Source: Mobula hypostoma (lineage: Eukaryota). From it: a stretch of DNA of 64,000 bases. The position numbers and the translations under genes are program-made. Positions 62,196-64,000 of this stretch are shown here, in pieces (the stretch's first letter is position 1; the number at the start of each line of letters is the position of its first letter). Where the stretch lies: NCBI RefSeq assembly GCF_963921235.1, contig NC_086097.1, positions 244,406,001 to 244,470,000 of the forward strand. The letters run 5' to 3'. The notes under the pieces were generated by a model. That model searched no databases. It was not told the DNA's origin and saw nothing but the letters and a program-made list of their open reading frames with translations.

Positions 62196-63669
62196 GCAGT
62201 CTGAGATACCCACTCACTTCAAACAGGCTTCAATTATACTGGTGTTCAAGAAGAACGTGGTAACCTGACTCAATGACTATCATCCAGTAGCATTTACATC
62301 CACTGTGAAGTGCTTTGAGAGGTTGCTGATGAAACATATCAACTCCAGCTGAGAAGTGACTTGGATCCACTCCAATTTGCCTACCATCGCAACAGGTGAA
62401 CAACATATGACATTGCATTGGCTCTTCACTCAACCCTGGAACATCTGGTCAGCAAGGATACATTCATCAGTTTGCAAAGATTTGGCATGTCACCTAAAAC
62501 TTTGACAAACTTCTACAAATGTATGGTGGAGAGTACATTGACTGGATTGCATCATAGCCTGGTATGGAAACACCAATTTGCTTAAATGGAAAATCTTACA
62601 TAAAGTAGTGGATACAGCCCAGTCTGTCACGAGTAAAGCCCTCCTCACCATTGAGTATATCTACACAGAGTGCTGTCTCAGGAAAGCAACATCAGGGACT
62701 CCCATCAACCAGGCGGGAATCTCTTTTCACTGCTGCCATCAGAAAGAAGGTACAAGAGCCTCAGGACCCACACCACCAGGTATAGCAATGGTTATTACCC
62801 CTCAACTATCAGGGTCTTGAACCAGAGGGGATAACTTCACTCAGCTTCACTTTCCCCATCACTGAACTGTTCCCACAACCTATGGACTCACTGTCAAGGG
62901 CTCTTCATCTCATGTTCTCCACAGTTATTGTTTATTTATTATTATTATCATTATTATTTCTTTCTTTCTATATTTGCACATTTTGTTCTCTTTCCGTCCT
63001 TTTGGGGGGTGATCTTTCATTAATACTATTGCGATTCTTGTATTTACTTGTGAATGCCTACAAGAAAATGTATCTTGGGATTGTATATGGTGATATATAT
63101 GTACCTAGATAATAACTTTACTTTGATCTTTGAACTTTGAACTCAATGATTTAGGAATGTCTTCTTCCCCTCCACTATCAGATCACCTCACCATTTCGCT
63201 CCCTGGTTGCTCTACTTAGTTACTTTTTATATATTTCTTATAATAACCTATGACAATATTTTATGTACTGCTACCACAAAACATCAAATTTCACAACGTA
63301 TGTCAGTGAGATAAACCTCACTCTGATTTTCCTGTCTTTGTAAACCAGCAAATTTCCTGTCATAAGTCTGTGAGGCTACACCTCATACTGCTTCCACTGG
63401 TACCCTGAAGATTCACTGATACAGAGTCGTTGTCATGTGTGTTGCTCATCGAGTCAGCTCTGCCAGCCTCCCAAAATTCACTACCTCGTACACCGAGTAG
63501 GTCAAGGGCAGCTGACGCAGGAGAAAGCAGCACCTGCAGTTTCCCCTCCAGGGCATGTATCTTCCTGACTTGGAAATATATTTTCACCTACTGGGTCTAA
63601 GTAGAACATAGGACAGTACAGGCCCTGCCGCCCATGATCTTGTGCTGACCTCTTAACCTACTCTAGAAC

Positions 63670-64000
63670 ACATAACATAAGAAATAGGAGCAGGAGTCGG
63701 CCATCTGGCCCGTCGAGCCTGCTCCACCATTCAATAAGATCATGGCTTATCTGGCCATGGACTCATCTCCACCTACCTGCCTTTTCCCCATAACCCTTAA
63801 TAGCCCTGCTATGCAAAAATCTACCCAACCTTGTCTTAAATATATCAAGGTAGCCTCCACTGCTTCATTGGGCAGAGAATTCCACACTCTCTGGGAAAAG
63901 CAGTTCCTCCTCATCTCCATCCTAAACCTACTCCTCCAAAGCATGAGGCTACGTCTGTTAGTTCTAGTCTCACCTACTAGTGGAGACAATTTTCCTGCCT
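63670..64000 (-). mobile_element. CR1 3' fragment, running off the window end
   Basis: Same subfamily as 20297-20640 and 38862-39190. Confidence 0.85.

Larger units (their letters stand above)
58860..63140 (+). mobile_element. Decayed Rex1/Babar LINE hosting multiple nested insertions
   Basis: Collinear with the reverse of 4136-7990 (GDF, NQKPWMN, IFNxS..SEIPT.FKQASII, YHPVA, NFYKCMVESTLTGCI). Interrupted by CR1, a GC-rich retroposon and a PLE. Confidence 0.8.

Overview
Repeat-dense vertebrate genomic DNA. The CR1, Rex1, Penelope, V-SINE and RTE repeat mix suggests a cartilaginous fish, probably a ray (inference). The only host gene I recognise is the 5' part of STAC (STAC1, SH3 and cysteine-rich domain protein) on the minus strand. 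Coding exon 1 (52137-52012) lies in a CpG island, intron 1 is about 37.8 kb, and exon 2 (14222-13949) carries the start of the C1 zinc finger; later exons were not found here. Nearly everything else is nested transposon debris: two near-full-length decayed CR1 LINEs, Rex1/Babar LINEs, an L1-like tail, RTE-derived short elements, V-SINEs, solo LTRs, and Tigger and Tc1 remnants. The most interesting structure is a young Penelope-like (PLE, GIY-YIG) family that spreads minimal type-I hammerhead ribozyme motifs through the STAC intron. It appears as short hammerhead-headed insertions with 10-16 bp target-site duplications (TSDs), as a fold-back whose axis sits at the predicted cleavage site, and as inverted copies closely bracketing exon 2. 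There is also an unusual GC-rich short retroposon inside a Rex1 > SINE > Penelope nest. All family assignments are by eye, without database searches.
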